A stretch of DNA of 64,000 nt from Eledone cirrhosa. Taxonomy: Eukaryota. Below are positions 39,890 to 53,262 of the stretch, piece after piece. The translations under genes and the position numbers were made by a program. The notes beneath the pieces were generated by a model, which saw only the letters and a program-made list of their open reading frames with translations, ran no database searches and had not been told where the DNA came from. The stretch is taken from NCBI GenBank assembly GCA_964016885.1, contig OZ024742.1, forward strand, positions 220,348,001 to 220,412,000. Reading direction: 5' to 3'. Positions within the stretch are counted from its first letter, which is position 1. Every line of letters begins with the position of its first letter.

Positions 39890-40699
39890 TGAAACGGGGT
39901 ATGTATGAATCCGAGTAAACACAATATGCGCAGAAGCAAACTTCATTTTCGGATCTGTGTTCGTATACCTATCAATCCATTTTTCTCTCCGTATGTCATA
40001 AATCATCAGGAAGGTGACATTAAATAGTTTTGAGAAGAAAGAACAAGAAACTCATTTGAAGCGAGAAAATATGATGCAAAAATAATAAAGGAGAAGAATA
40101 GATAAGTAAAGAAACATTATTTGGGCTAGTAATCTTAATTTTATATATATATATCGCAACAAGAACTACCTTTAGGGGGTGAGAACAAAATCCAAGCAAG
40201 TTTAAATACTCCCAGGTGCCAAATAATAGGAGGGGGAAATAAGCGGGGTTGGAGTGGGAAATCGGTAATTTTTTTAGGTTGTCTCCGCTGGTTTTTTTAA
40301 AAGCCCGAATTACACGTTTAGTTTACCTATTGAGACCCCAACCCATCCTACTTATTTTATAACATATGAGGTTTCTAGTAATGTACTATTTTGTCATGTA
40401 TAATGTTTTTTAACGTATAAAGAAAATTAATTGTCACAAGAATGCTACCACTTAAAATAAAATTTCGTTGGCGATAGATTATAAAAATTAAATAAGTGTG
40501 GGGTGGAATAAGAGTGGGGGTGTGGATAAAATCTGAAAAATTCGAGACCCGAGAATAGAGGAAATTTCCTTGAATGAACTAATATGACAGCGTCATACAC
40601 GTAAAATATCATTTGGACGCTGCACATTGTACCGAATCTAAACGAAAAGCACATATATCAATGCTCTTAACTGTATTCACAATGACATATTCAAGTCTT

Positions 40700-41130
40700 T
40701 GCTTTGAGCATCTCATTAAGTAAATTAATATTAAATGCAATTTTTAAAAAATCAAGCAGGAACAATGTATTTATTTCCAGACACTGAACAAACTTCTATG
40801 TGCATTCGTTATGCGGCTGATAATGAATTCAAAGAAAATATTATTGAAATGTGAAATGTCGAGTGTGCAACGAGCTGGAGAAAGTGGCCTTGGAAATGAA
40901 TGGAAGAGGAGTTTGGTCTGAGGTGGACTACTAACGTAAATGGATTCTACAAGAGTCTTCAATTAAGTATTCTTCTCAACAGCGAAAAAACTGCATATAT
41001 TCACTCTCATGCACACCTTGTACTTGTAAAATGTGCAAAATCTGCCACTAACGACATGTTCCAAAAGCGTACCGACATTCAACGTTTCTTGCTTCGTAGA
41101 GTTTATTCCGACTGCTCTCCATTTCCTCTA
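40700..41130 (+). mobile_element. hAT transposase remnant, heavily decayed
   Basis: TEQTSMCIRYAADNEFKENII and AYIHSHAHLVLVKC resemble the hAT motifs EQLS.C.RY and Y.HC.AH.LNL. Confidence 0.55.
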
Positions 41131-41784
41131 ACTCTCTTGACATGCGCAGTGACCTCATCTTTCAGAGTTTAGTGGTTGGTGGTTGTACAGTCGTAGCGCC
41201 ATACATAATGTCTTGCGGTATCTCTCACGGTACCCTGAAATATACCCACGATGAAACGTGGCGATTTACATGCATCTGACACAAACATCCCCATTTTGTG
41301 CCACGAAAGGAGCGCCTCTACTGGTTTGTGTGTGCTTATATGATGTGTACACACAGGTATGTATATAAAGTTGACCGAGCTCACATGTGTGCAGGGCTGG
41401 ATTTAATGGGGAGCAAAGGGAGCAATTGCTCCGGGCCCCCTGCAGTGGGAGGCTTCCCCCCCTCAAACCTGAAATGCCCCGAGCCCTCCGATGTCTAAAT
41501 TCAACCCTGCATGTGTGCATGTGTAGACGCTCTTACACACACACACACACATGTACGTCTACACATATATCCAACATGTTTACTGTCACTCGCTACGCCG
41601 GTCATCTCGCCCGCGCACATGCGCACTCTTGCACAAACACTAGCTTACACAGACAAAAGCCCTTCAAGCACGTCATGATCTAACGCGTATCATGACCTTT
41701 ATACCTTCCCAGCTTTGTACGTGCAAACACCACACACACAACCACATGAGAACTCTACAATATATGATGCTTGTTTCATTTCTT

Positions 41785-41972
41785 ATAATTGTTTCTTCTT
41801 TTGGCACAAGGCCAGCAATTACCCAGTGCATTACTGGTACTTTATTTTATCGACCCCGTAAGGATGAAAGGCAAAGTAAACCTCGGGGGGATTTGAACTC
41901 AGAACGTAAAGGGACGTAACTATGCTGGAAAGCATGGCGTCCGACTCTCTACCGATACTGCCAATCCACCGC
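41785..41972 (-). mobile_element. Full-length tRNA-derived SINE
   Basis: Complete consensus from ggcggtggattggcag to aaacaattat. Confidence 0.9.
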
Positions 41973-42234
41973 CCTTGAATCCCATTTTGATCTGCACTTT
42001 TTCAAAATGGCAGATTAACCCACACACATGTTTTTCTTCCAACAAAATTTTTATCTGATTTTCTTTCTTTTTTTAATCTCATCTATCTTTCTATTTCTTC
42101 TCTCTCTCTCTCTCTCATTCTATCTACCAATGAAAGACTAGGTCAGAAACGTTAGGACACTATTCCTACTATATCAAGCGCTGAATTAATAAATATTATC
42201 TACTGTATTGTTTTCCTGTGTTTTTCATCATTGA

Positions 42235-42296
<62 letters not shown>

Positions 42297-42337
42297 TTCT
42301 CTTTTTTTTCTCTCTCTCTCACACACACACACACACG

Positions 42338-42411
<74 letters not shown>

Positions 42412-42673
42412 CTTAAAATCCCGACCGTGGTGCCAAGCAGTTTCTGCTTGTGTGTTCAGCAAGCCTTTAACAAAGAAAAACACCACGGCGCTTCACCAGT
42501 TTTCGTCTACCAAATTCCAGATACAAGGTATTTGTCAATGAAAGATTATAGTGGAAAACAAACTTGCCGGTGGTGCCGTGCACTGTGACTGAACCCGGAA
42601 GCCATTAACCGCACACACTTACACAGTAACTGGGCGTTACAATTCCTAATATATATATATATATATATATATT

Positions 42674-42724
42674 AGTTTCAGAAGATCCCGTTAAGGGTGA
42701 AAGCAGCGATTCTTTGCTTAAACT
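42674..42724 (+). ncRNA. Hammerhead variant (CAGAAGA core) forming most of a ~74-nt insert in (TA)n
   Basis: Stem I aguuu/aaacu, stem II ccc/ggg, stem III Agca/ugcU. Identical to 2725-2775. Confidence 0.7.
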
Positions 42725-42740
42725 TTAATCTGTTATTTTA

Positions 42741-42807
<67 letters not shown>

Positions 42808-42992
42808 GAAATATTCTTATATTTCATATAACTGCTCTGTAAATCATCTGATGTTTTTACATTGAGCTACTTAACTTACTGGTAATAAGGTAGTAATACA
42901 TTACTGCCTACCACTATTTAGGGTTTGTATAAAAAAATATATATAACTGCAAAAGGTTTTTGTATTTACATAACCATAAATAGTATAATTAA

Positions 42993-43029
<37 letters not shown>

Positions 43030-43033
<4 letters not shown>

Positions 43034-43379
43034 TAAGAGGAATTCCAACTTTGTCTGATTTACTCGTTTTATTTACAATCCTTTAAAATTTATAATGGTA
43101 TTTTAATGAAATAGTATGATAGAATATTAAATTCTAAGTGTTAATTGAACAAGTATGCAAACTTGACTGTCACCACATATTATGAACCTGAAGATTGCGA
43201 AAGCATGAAAGTACTTGTTCAATTAACACTTAGAATTTAATATTCTATCATACTATTTCATTATAATACCATTATAAATTTTAAAGGATTGTAAATAAAA
43301 CGAGTAAATCAGACAAAGTTGGAATTCCTCTTATTAATATAATCTTCTATACAAAATCATACACACCCGTGTATATTTA

Positions 43380-43381
<2 letters not shown>
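43030..43381 (+). mobile_element. Young self-inverted PLE insert in (TA)n
   Basis: Arms 43030-43155 and 43212-43340 are nearly identical, followed by a ~40-nt tail. Confidence 0.8.
43183..43221 (+). ncRNA. Minimal hammerhead ribozyme, intact
   Basis: ugaac CUGAAGA u ugc gaaa gca u GAAA guac UU guuca: 5-bp stem I, GNRA-capped stem II, palindromic AGUACU stem III. Confidence 0.85.
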
Positions 43382-43428
<47 letters not shown>

Positions 43429-43529
43429 GGGTGGTCTGTATGTATGTAAAAGGTTAACAGAAATAACACAATCGGTACAGAACATGGAAGGAACATATTA
43501 GGTTAACGCTTGAAATAGCAGGAAGGGGG

Positions 43530-43565
43530 TTTTAACGTTTCGGACGCTAGTCCTTCATCAGAAGA
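43530..43565 (-). ncRNA. Minimal hammerhead ribozyme
   Basis: ucuu CUGAUGA a ggac uagc gucc GAAA cg UU aaaa, with palindromic ACGU. Confidence 0.7.
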
Positions 43566-44019
43566 CTGAATGAGAAATAAGATAGATTGAAAGGACGGTC
43601 GGTGTGGAATTGGAAAAAAATGTCTTTTAGATAAAAATAACAGGTCCATTCATGTTGACATCTCTTGGAATGAAACTGTATGTCCTTTAGTTGATTTTTT
43701 TAAAGAAATGTGAAATACTGAGTACTTTAACGTTTTACTTCCTCGTATATTAAGCTGTTGAATCACTGACTTTTCTTTCACAGGTTCTCTGTACATAGGA
43801 TAAAGACGGATGATCATGACTTGCAGGCCTTTGATCATAGGTTTGACCTGGGGCTAAACATCAACAACTACAACAACGAACTAACACTATGCATGGAAGC
43901 TTGATTTGCTTGAAATAGCCACCAAACCTTCCTCATTGCCTACTGCAGTAGGCTGGTAGAACAACGAGTGTATAGTGATAGACTGGCTGAAATATTGACA
44001 GGATGGTCACGGTAGGAAT

Positions 44020-44400
44020 TAAACAAAAAAACTAGAACAACAATAACAATAGAAAAAGCGAAAGGGATATGAAACAAAACATCAAAAACTACAACAACCC
44101 CAACAATATAAACCAAAACACTACTACAACAAAAACAATAACAAAAGCGAAAAGGAGTGTAAAACAAACACCAACAGCTACAGGAACAATAACTACAACA
44201 ACAATAATTACAACAGCAACACAACAACCTCACAAACAATATCAACAAAAACCTCAACAACAACAATAACAAGCAGTATAAAACAGATGTAATAAAACAT
44301 CATCAACAACAATAAAAACAGCAACAACAAATACAACAAGGGCTATAAAAGAAATATGTGAAAGAACAAAACAACAACAAAAACGTGAAAGAAAACTAGG
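44020..44400. repeat. Degenerate (CAA)n low-complexity tract
   Basis: Directly visible. Confidence 0.85.
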
Positions 44401-44411
44401 GAACAACTTAC

Positions 44412-44539
44412 TTAAGTCTTTCAGTCAACGGTAAAGTCCATTGTGTTTTGTCATCACATGTATTAATGTAACTTGGTCTTCGGACATTAGTTTTCCATGT
44501 GGTTGGTTGAGATAAAGGTGCCACTCGCGTTGAAAACAT
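44412..44539 (-). other. Possible first coding exon of a host gene
   Basis: ATG at 44539 (MFSTRVAPLSQPTTWKTNVRRPSYINTCDDKTQWTLPLTERL) ending at AA|GTAAGT, inside a repeat-free ~1-kb island. No recognisable homology. Confidence 0.25.
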
Positions 44540-45671
44540 AGCTTCAATACTATTACCAAAACATACACTTATAATATATAATTTTAATGGCTTAAAAACG
44601 AACAATATTCCGAGTTTTTATCCAAAACAGTAGTAGTCAAAGTTTTTATTATTTTAGTTTCAGTTTGAATTTCTTAATTATTTTAAATCCACGAGTTTGT
44701 TAAATAAGAAGAAAATGTCTTTTGGTTTTGTTTTCTTAGAAAAGTTAGACGAAGCCGACTACAGGTAAAACTTAGATTTCACCGTTAATATTTTCTTTGT
44801 AAAAAAAATCAGTCCTCCCCTTTACTTATAGATATTCAGTGCTTTTCAGTTAATGTTTCTAAACTTTGGTAAATATACCACATCAGAGAAACTGTAGTGA
44901 CAGTTGTTTGTTGTTAAGTCGCAGGTGAGATCTTATGGAGTAGATATGATTAGATACTTTCGAGCACAGAACAACAAACATTTTCTTTCAGGCATGATGT
45001 ATATAAGAATACATTATCTAATATTCCTTTCCCTTTTGAAACGGCAAGTTGTGATGTTAGGGAGACTTTATTACTGCTATTTATTGCTACTGGTCGATTA
45101 ACCAATTAGAAGCTCCCGCGCTGGTTCATAAGAAAAGTATTTATAATCATTCGCGAGTAGTCGAATGTATTGCAAGCAGGTGTGTGATGCGTGTGTGTTG
45201 GCAAAAGTCAATTCAGTTGAGAGTAAAATGAATGACCAGCTGTGTAGTTATATAGAATGTAGCCGATTCGTGATTCAAGAACAGTCATACAACACTAAAT
45301 ATCCCTGTAACATTGAAGGAGATATATCTGATTTCGTTTGTAGTAAGTTACGTGATCAAAGAATAAATGTTTATAGGATTGAATTTATACCTGACTGTAT
45401 ATCCTGCATGTATTGACAAGACGCATGTTAGCTTTGACATAGCTATATCTATATCTATCTACCTATATCTGTGTGTAAGTGTGTGCGTGAGAGTGTGTGA
45501 GCGCGCGCGTGTGTATATATATATGTATGTGTGTACATAAACAGACAGTTAGGTAAATAGATAAACAAGCAATTGATTTACGATACTTAGAACATTATTT
45601 TAATCTGTTATATATATAATATATATGTGTGTGTCCACGCTACGAGCAATATATACATATATATACAGAGA

Positions 45672-45722
<51 letters not shown>

Positions 45723-45808
45723 GTTAGTAGGTAGGTACTTAAATAGGATAGATAGCTAGGATACATACACACACATATATACATACATACAAACATACAT
45801 ACATATAC

Positions 45809-46340
45809 AGGGAGAAGAAAACATGCACAGTAGTGGAAATTAGCTGCCCAGCAGATGCCAATATACTATCAAAGATTAGTGAAAAGGAGAATATTTATGC
45901 AGAACTGATGAGAAATCTGCAGATACTCCACCCTGATTACACCTTCAGATTTATGCCTGTGATTATTGGGGCACTGGGGTATGTTAGTAACTGCTTCAAT
46001 ACAAATCTTGAGAAGCTAGGCTTCACAGGAACAGAAAGAACACAACTAGTTAGGAAATTACAAGTACAATCCATTAATGGAACAGTAAAAAGATGTAAAA
46101 CATTCCAAAAATGTTGCATCTAATAACTGCATATACACATGTACAGATACAAAGCATATACACATGCACACATACAACTCAAAACATACACATCCACACA
46201 TACAATAACATCCATATCTACACATGCATACAAATCTACCTAGTTGATGTGTAAATTCCAATGAGAGAGTCTTGTGTCTATGTTAGAAACCGACTCTCTC
46301 TCTATTGGTAAAACTTTGTGAAATTATAAAACCAGAAGAA
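45809..46340 (+). mobile_element. R4/Dong-like retroelement 3' fragment in (CATA)n
   Basis: CTVVEISCPAD.NI..KI.EKENIY..LMR.LQI…F.F.PVIIGALGY aligns to the C-terminus of the 49320 ORF. 3'UTR hairpin gagagagtc/gactctctc. Confidence 0.85.
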
Positions 46341-46584
46341 CATACATACAGACAGAGAGACATGCAGACATGAATTTTACTGTCCTTAAAAAATTCCATT
46401 CATTAATCCCTTCCAAGAATTCAACTGTCACAGAAGTCATGGGGTGTTAAACACTGTTCCATTAAACATTGGCCGAAAACTAGCGAAGCGTGATGGTGGA
46501 GACTTAAAGCGTTAAATTGTTATAGAACCGTACAGACCTATATAAATTAACAACAGTTTTTAATAATCGTATTTAAGACTATTC

Positions 46585-47630
46585 AACAGAATTCGTAATA
46601 TGATCGCCTTGTCTCCCCCACATCCCCGGCGGACAGAATGGAGAAGGCTTTTCCCGTGAGGACGGCAAGGGAGACGCGCTCGAAAAGCCACTCCAACTCA
46701 CGGGGCTGACACCTGCGGCTGGCCAGCTCAGCACCTATGGTGGTGAGTAGGGAGGTAGCCCTAGGGCCGAGGACACCAGAAGTCTCCACTGCCAAGGGTA
46801 CAACCACAAACCTGTCGGAGAGCGACCGGTATTTGAGGTGTTTGGCCTCCTCAGGCCGACGTGCAGCAGAACCTGGGTTAGTGGCAGACTGCACGAGGTA
46901 CCTGGTGGAGAATGGACCGCACGTCCGAGACGGAGGCTGTAAAGCTCTCAGCATCGTGGCTGACATTCGCCACCTCCGACTTGGCCGAGATGACCTGGAG
47001 GCTGATTCCCGCCAGGGCAGGAACCACCGATTGTAGGTCATGGCAGACAGTCTGAACGAGCCCGCCCAACGTGGCATCATCCAGATACCAAACGTTGAGA
47101 GGGGCCGTGATACTCAGGGCGATGTAGTCTATACCAAGGGCAAACAGGAGGAGTCCCAAAGGGTCGCCCTGTTGGACCCCAGTGGCCGAAGGTATGAGCG
47201 TATCAGCAACAATGAGCATGCTCGGAGCTCCATACGACAGGTAGGCCATCGGGTAGACAGAGGGGGCTCGGCTGAGGCAGGCATCGAGCAGATGGTCTCG
47301 GCGTAAGCAGTTAAAGGCATTCCTTATGTCAAGCTTGACAATGAGGTGCCTGGAGTCCCTGGATGCCGATTCCGGTGAGCAGCTGTTGAAGAACTGCCTG
47401 GCTGCATGTGCGGGCCCCCTCACACCTGACACGCTGACACCCAGTTGCACCGGACCGAACTCCTCACCCAGTTCGGGTGTTATGGACCTGCAAGACATTG
47501 CCCACAGCGAAGGGGCGTATGCCACTGTCTTTCTCCTGAGAGCGGTGAGGCTAGCCGAAAAAAAAGAGGCCTCGGGCGTGAGGGTCCAGGGCGCCATGGA
47601 TAAGCCTATTGGTGAGTAGCACAATTGCAC
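46585..47630 (-). mobile_element. CRE-clade non-LTR retrotransposon, 5'-truncated and internally deleted
   Basis: RT: KLDIRNAFN, GVQQGDPLG, WYLDD. Joined near 46915 to the endonuclease tail EEAKHLKY…PLAVETSGVLG. Confidence 0.88.
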
Positions 47631-47633
47631 ATA

Positions 47634-47634
47634 C

Positions 47635-47677
<43 letters not shown>

Positions 47678-47692
47678 CAGATAGATAGATAC

Positions 47693-47753
<61 letters not shown>

Positions 47754-47758
47754 CAGAC

Positions 47759-47806
<48 letters not shown>
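47634..47806. repeat. (GATA)n microsatellite
   Basis: Directly visible. Confidence 0.95.
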
Positions 47807-47807
<1 letters not shown>

Positions 47808-47879
47808 CACAGGCACCGAAAAGCGGGACTGAACCGAGACCCACATGATTGCGAAGTGAAATTCTTAAACACACAGTGC

Positions 47880-48021
<142 letters not shown>

Positions 48022-48488
48022 TAGGCGGAGGGTGATAGATTAATTGGTAGGTAGGTATTTAAATAGGATAGATAGGATACATACATTCATACATACATAA
48101 ATACCTACATACAGACAGACAGATCGATCGATAGATAGACCGGCGATGCCACGCGGGACAGAACCCAAATCCACATGGTCGCGAAGCGAAATCCTCAACC
48201 ACACAAGGCTGTTAGAGACAGCGATGGGCAAAAATGCCTCAGAGGACAAAGATAAGTGGTGAACAAAGAGACCATCCACAAGGTGGGTGATATGCATTTA
48301 ACTGTTTTAAGGGCTGTTCTAGTGATGAGTTTTCTCATTTTTATATGTATTCAAATAAACTTTCGTTTCGTCTCGATCAGAGACGACATTGTTTTTTTCA
48401 TTTAAATTTATTATAGCTATGATTAGCTTTCTATTTAGGGCAGACACCACAGCTTGAGGTCCACTATCCCATTATTTTATTTTATTTG

Positions 48489-48670
48489 TGGATTGGCAGT
48501 ATCGGTAGAGGGCCGGACGCCATGCTTTGACGTATAAAGTTACGGCCCTTTCCATTCTGAGTTCAAATCCCGCCGAGGTTAACTTTGTCTTTCATCCTTA
48601 CGAGGTCGATAAAATAAAGTACCAGTAATGCACTGGGTAATTGCTGGCCTTGTGCCAAAAGTAGAAACAA
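48489..48670 (+). mobile_element. Full-length SINE with TSD
   Basis: attattttattttatttgt on both sides. Confidence 0.9.
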
Positions 48671-49012
48671 TTATTTTATTTTATTTGTTTTCTTTCGTCC
48701 TTCTATCTGTGTTGTTTGTTTTATCACACATCATACCATCAGAAAGATTTATGTTTCTGTTGCACGATGCAGCATTTTAAAATGGTACTCTATTAAATCG
48801 TCCGAAACCATTTTGCTGATTTGAGAGCTGATGAGGGTGAAGATGTGCGTGTGTAAACTTATCTTTGACATCGCCTGTCTTTAGTTCCTTCTTCCAGTAA
48901 CTTCTATGTAGCAACACATCTCTCCTTTTCCTCCTCCTCTTTCAATCTTTTCTATATTTCATCTCTGCCTGTTACCCACATTGAGGATTGTCTCTCTGTT
49001 AATCATTGGCTG

Positions 49013-49097
<85 letters not shown>

Positions 49098-49237
49098 ATA
49101 TATATGTATGTATATATATATGTATGTATATATATATGTATGTATATATATATGTATGTATATATATATATATGTATATATATATGTATGTATATATATA
49201 TGTATATATATATGTATGTATATATATATATATATAT

Positions 49238-52200
49238 GTTTTCTCTTTCTCTTAATTTCGAGTATATTTTTTTGACCGGCCACCTTCCTGGTGGCAAGGT
49301 TGTAAAAGAAAAGAAATTGTCATCCCTTGAATCGCAAGAATGTTTTGCAAATTTTGAAGGTGCCAGCTATCGCAGCCATTTGTAGACTATGAATTAGGGA
49401 GCTGCGCTTTTTGTCCGCAAATCCAAGTTCAGTCATACTTTGGTCCAAGCGGGTTGGTATATAACCAGTAGCACCAATAATGATGGGTATGAAGTTAAAG
49501 GTGTATCTTGGATACTGGATTTGTAAACTCCTCATCAATGGTCCGTAGATGTCCTCCTTCTCCTGTATTTTTCTGACAACGTTTACATCAAGTGGGCAGC
49601 TGATCTCCACAATAGAACACGTTTTCAATGTATGGTCCCAAACTACAATATCAGGCCGGTTGTGCTTTAATTTGGTGGCAGTTTTTATTTTCAGGTTCCA
49701 CCAGTATTCCTTAGTGCCATCTGTCTCAATATATTCTTCCTCGTTTGTTGTTAATTTTGTTTTCCGAAGTGCGTTCCAGATGGTTCTAGCTATCCCATCT
49801 TGTCTCATGGGGAGGTAGTAGCGAGATGACATTCTTTCGCGGCTGGCAACAATGTGGCTTACATCCTCGATCTTTGTTTTACATAGCCTACATTTATTGT
49901 CAGCTGCTGGCCCTCCTCTTTTGTGCAGCAGGTATTTGGTAGGGAGTTCTTGTTCCTGTATTGCATAGAGATATCCCTCAAGGTGTGATGTCATAAACTT
50001 GTCGGAACTCCATGCCAGGCTTTTTGAGTGGTTTATCCCCTCTATGGTTTGTGTTTTACGCCTCAAGTATCCATGCACAACTTTTTCTGTAAAGTGGTCA
50101 ATTTTTTTATCTTGTTTGAACATTGAATAGGATCTTCCGATTTCTCTGGGTGAGAGATTTATATCAGGCTTTATTCCATATCTCTCCTCCAGATCAGTCG
50201 CTATTCTAATGATATTTCTTTTTTCATGGTCATAAACCTGGGCAAGATGGTTGCCAACCTTTTTCCTCTGTTGAAGGTGTTGCTTCAGTGTTACTATCCG
50301 GGTCTCATATGTTGTTAATATTGATTTTAGACCCCGGCCACCTTCCTTGCGTGAGAAGTATAGCCTATCCACATCACCATTGATGTTAAAGTTCCCAGTA
50401 ACACTGAGAAGTTTTCGAGTTCTAACATCCATCTCACTTAGTTCTTGCAATGACCAGTTCAGTAGGCCAAATGTTGGCGTTAGAATTGGCACAGCATAAG
50501 TATTGTGGGCAATGTATTTGTTGTATGCTGACAGTTCTGATGACCATATTTTCTTTACTCTTCTGAGGTATTCAGTTCTGGTTCTCTCCTTATTTATGGG
50601 TCCATCATATCTGACATTCTCATCCTGTCCAAGATATCTGTAGTTGTCACCTGACTGCAGAGGTTGTATTGTCAGGCCGTTCATCTCTAGATTTCTAGAG
50701 GAGGGCACAGCTCTTCCACGTTTTACTGCCAAATATGCACACTTGGACTCACCAAATTTCATTTTGATGTCGGTTGAAAATTGTGTAATGAGGTCCAATT
50801 GTTTCTTGATGTCATTGATATTTGGCCCATACAACTTCAGGTCATCAACAAAGAAAAGATGGGAGATACTTTTGGGCCCACTTCTTTGTCCACCTTGTTT
50901 CCTGAGTAGGTAAGATAGTGGATTCAGTGAGAGAACGAAGAGTAGCACTGACAAGCTATCACCCTGAAAGATGCCCTTCTGGTAATGTATCTTATCAGTC
51001 TTAACCTGCTCCTTCTCACCTCTAAGGATCAAACTGGTGTACCAGTTCTTGGTCAGGCGTTCAACAGCAGCTACCAATGGTTGTGGGACTTTAGCTAACT
51101 GTAAAGCCTTAACAATCCACCCATGAGGTACACTATCAAATGCTTTTTGATAGTCCAGCCACACGACAGTCATGTTTCTGCGATTCTTTGTTGTTTTTTC
51201 CTGAATCATTTTGTTAGTTAGTAGGTGATCTATGCAACCCCACACCTCCCTCTTTCCACCAGCTTGCTCAGGTGTTATGATGTTGTTGGTAGCACAGTGA
51301 TCCTGTAAGAACAGGTTAAGGCACCCAGTATATAATTTATACATGATGTTTTGGCAGGCAATTGGGCGGTAATTTTTAGCAAGGGTGGTTTGGCTATTTG
51401 GGGGAATGAGGAGAGTAGAGGCAGTTGATAACCATCTGGGCAGTTCTTGTGTGCCCTTAATGGTTTCTGTAAACAGCCGTATGAGATCTTGCCGATAGAA
51501 AGTGAAATTCTTCAACCAGTATCCTGTAATGAGGTCTGGGCCTGGCGATTTCCTATTCGACATTTTCTGTAGAGCTGTTTCCAGTATTGACCCATCTATG
51601 TCATATTGTTTTGTCTGGACATGTTGGCAGTAGTCCTGTTCCAGTTATTTTAGCCAATTAGCTTGTCTGTTGAATCCGTCATCCGTTTCCCATACAGATC
51701 TCCAGTAGCTCTCAACCTGTTCTTTTGAAGGGGTGTCATTTACAGAGATTGAGCTTTTGCCACCGAAGCTGCGATAAACTGATTTAGGATCTCTGGCAAA
51801 CAATCTATTTAGCACTTGTCGTTTATGTGCTGTTGACTTATATTTCAATCTTTCTGTTGTAGCTGTGAGTTGTTGTTTCAACTGGTGTAATTTGGAGTTC
51901 AAAGTTTTAAATTTTGTATCTCCAAATCGTCTCTCTAACTTTTTCTTTAGGTCTTCCTGGTGTCGTGTGAGGTTGCTCTCTATGTTGCATTTCATAACGA
52001 CTGCGATGTGTGAAATACTTCGTCTCAGGGACAAAATTTTGGATTTTAAATTTCGCATCCACGCTGGTTCAGGCTTTCTGCTTGTATCTTGATTGCGTGG
52101 TTTTAGATGTGTGTTATATGATAGCAATGTGACAGCTGAAACATATAACAAAACATTAAGCGTTTCAAATGTCGTTTCTACACCTTTAGATCGCATAGCC

Positions 52201-52640
52201 TTCAGATAACTGCCAGCTATTTCATTCACCGCTTCCAATTCCAATTTAGTGGGTTCTTTACTGACTCTAGTGTTGTATGGTCTGTCACTCACATTAAGGC
52301 TGTGTATCTCTTGAAACATATTGTTCCATATCACTTGTAGGGAGCCCACAAGTTTTTGGTGCTCTGTTTGTTCAGTAGAGTCATGAATTTCAGCCTCGTT
52401 GTTGATGTGGTGACAATTACTACTAGAGTCAGCTGACCTTTCTCGCTGTTCTTCAGTGGAAGTGGGGTGGATTTCAGCAAAATTGTTGATGAGCTCTTCA
52501 CTGTTAGATTTAGCTGGCCATTCTCTTTGTCTGTCAGTGGAGGTGGGGTGGTTGTCTACAAGGGCTGTATTTGTAGTATCACTCAATTCCGTTAGATGTA
52601 TCAATTTACATCTAATGATACGTTTTGCCTGTTCATTTAA
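49238..52640 (-). mobile_element. R4/Dong-clade-like non-LTR retrotransposon (single ORF, RT + CCHC + restriction-like endonuclease)
   Basis: Embedded in (TA)/(CATA)n on both sides, with a short 3'UTR containing the hairpin gccacc/ggtggc. Confidence 0.88.
49320..52604 (-). pseudogene. RT-REL polyprotein, ~1090 codons with one in-frame stop (51645-51647)
   Basis: ORFs 52604-51645 and 51563-49320 share a frame and the gap is open. Motifs: KSPGPD, NYRPIAC, WLDYQKAFDSVPH, GIFQGDSLS, FVDDLK, CRLC..ED.SHIV(C>R), HNRPDIVVWD..IVEISCP, EKEDIY. Confidence 0.9.
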
Positions 52641-52710
52641 ATTGTATGTATATATATATGTATGTATATATATGCCTGTTCATTTAATATGTATGTATAT
52701 ATATATGTAT

Positions 52711-52837
<127 letters not shown>

Positions 52838-52855
52838 TATATATATGTATGTATA

Positions 52856-52927
<72 letters not shown>

Positions 52928-53192
52928 AAGGAAATAACTGAGGTACAAAAAGTCTCATTAGCTCCACGCTTTATATGGAAAAGGGGAAGTTCATGAGTAC
53001 AAATATAAAGACAGAATCACAAAGGATAGATGCAGAAAATATATAGGCAGTCGAAATATATATATATATACATACATTCTCACAAGCTCCGATGAATTGA
53101 CTGGTTACAACTATGTATTGGTGATCGAATGACGTGAAAACAAGCGGGTAGCGATCTCTAGACCTACCACACCGTGTCACTCTTCTTTCCTG

Positions 53193-53262
<70 letters not shown>

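Noticed and set aside
48355-48400. Minus-strand stem II/GAAA/stem III arrangement
   Set aside because: The CUGANGA core is unrecognisable (acaatgtc).
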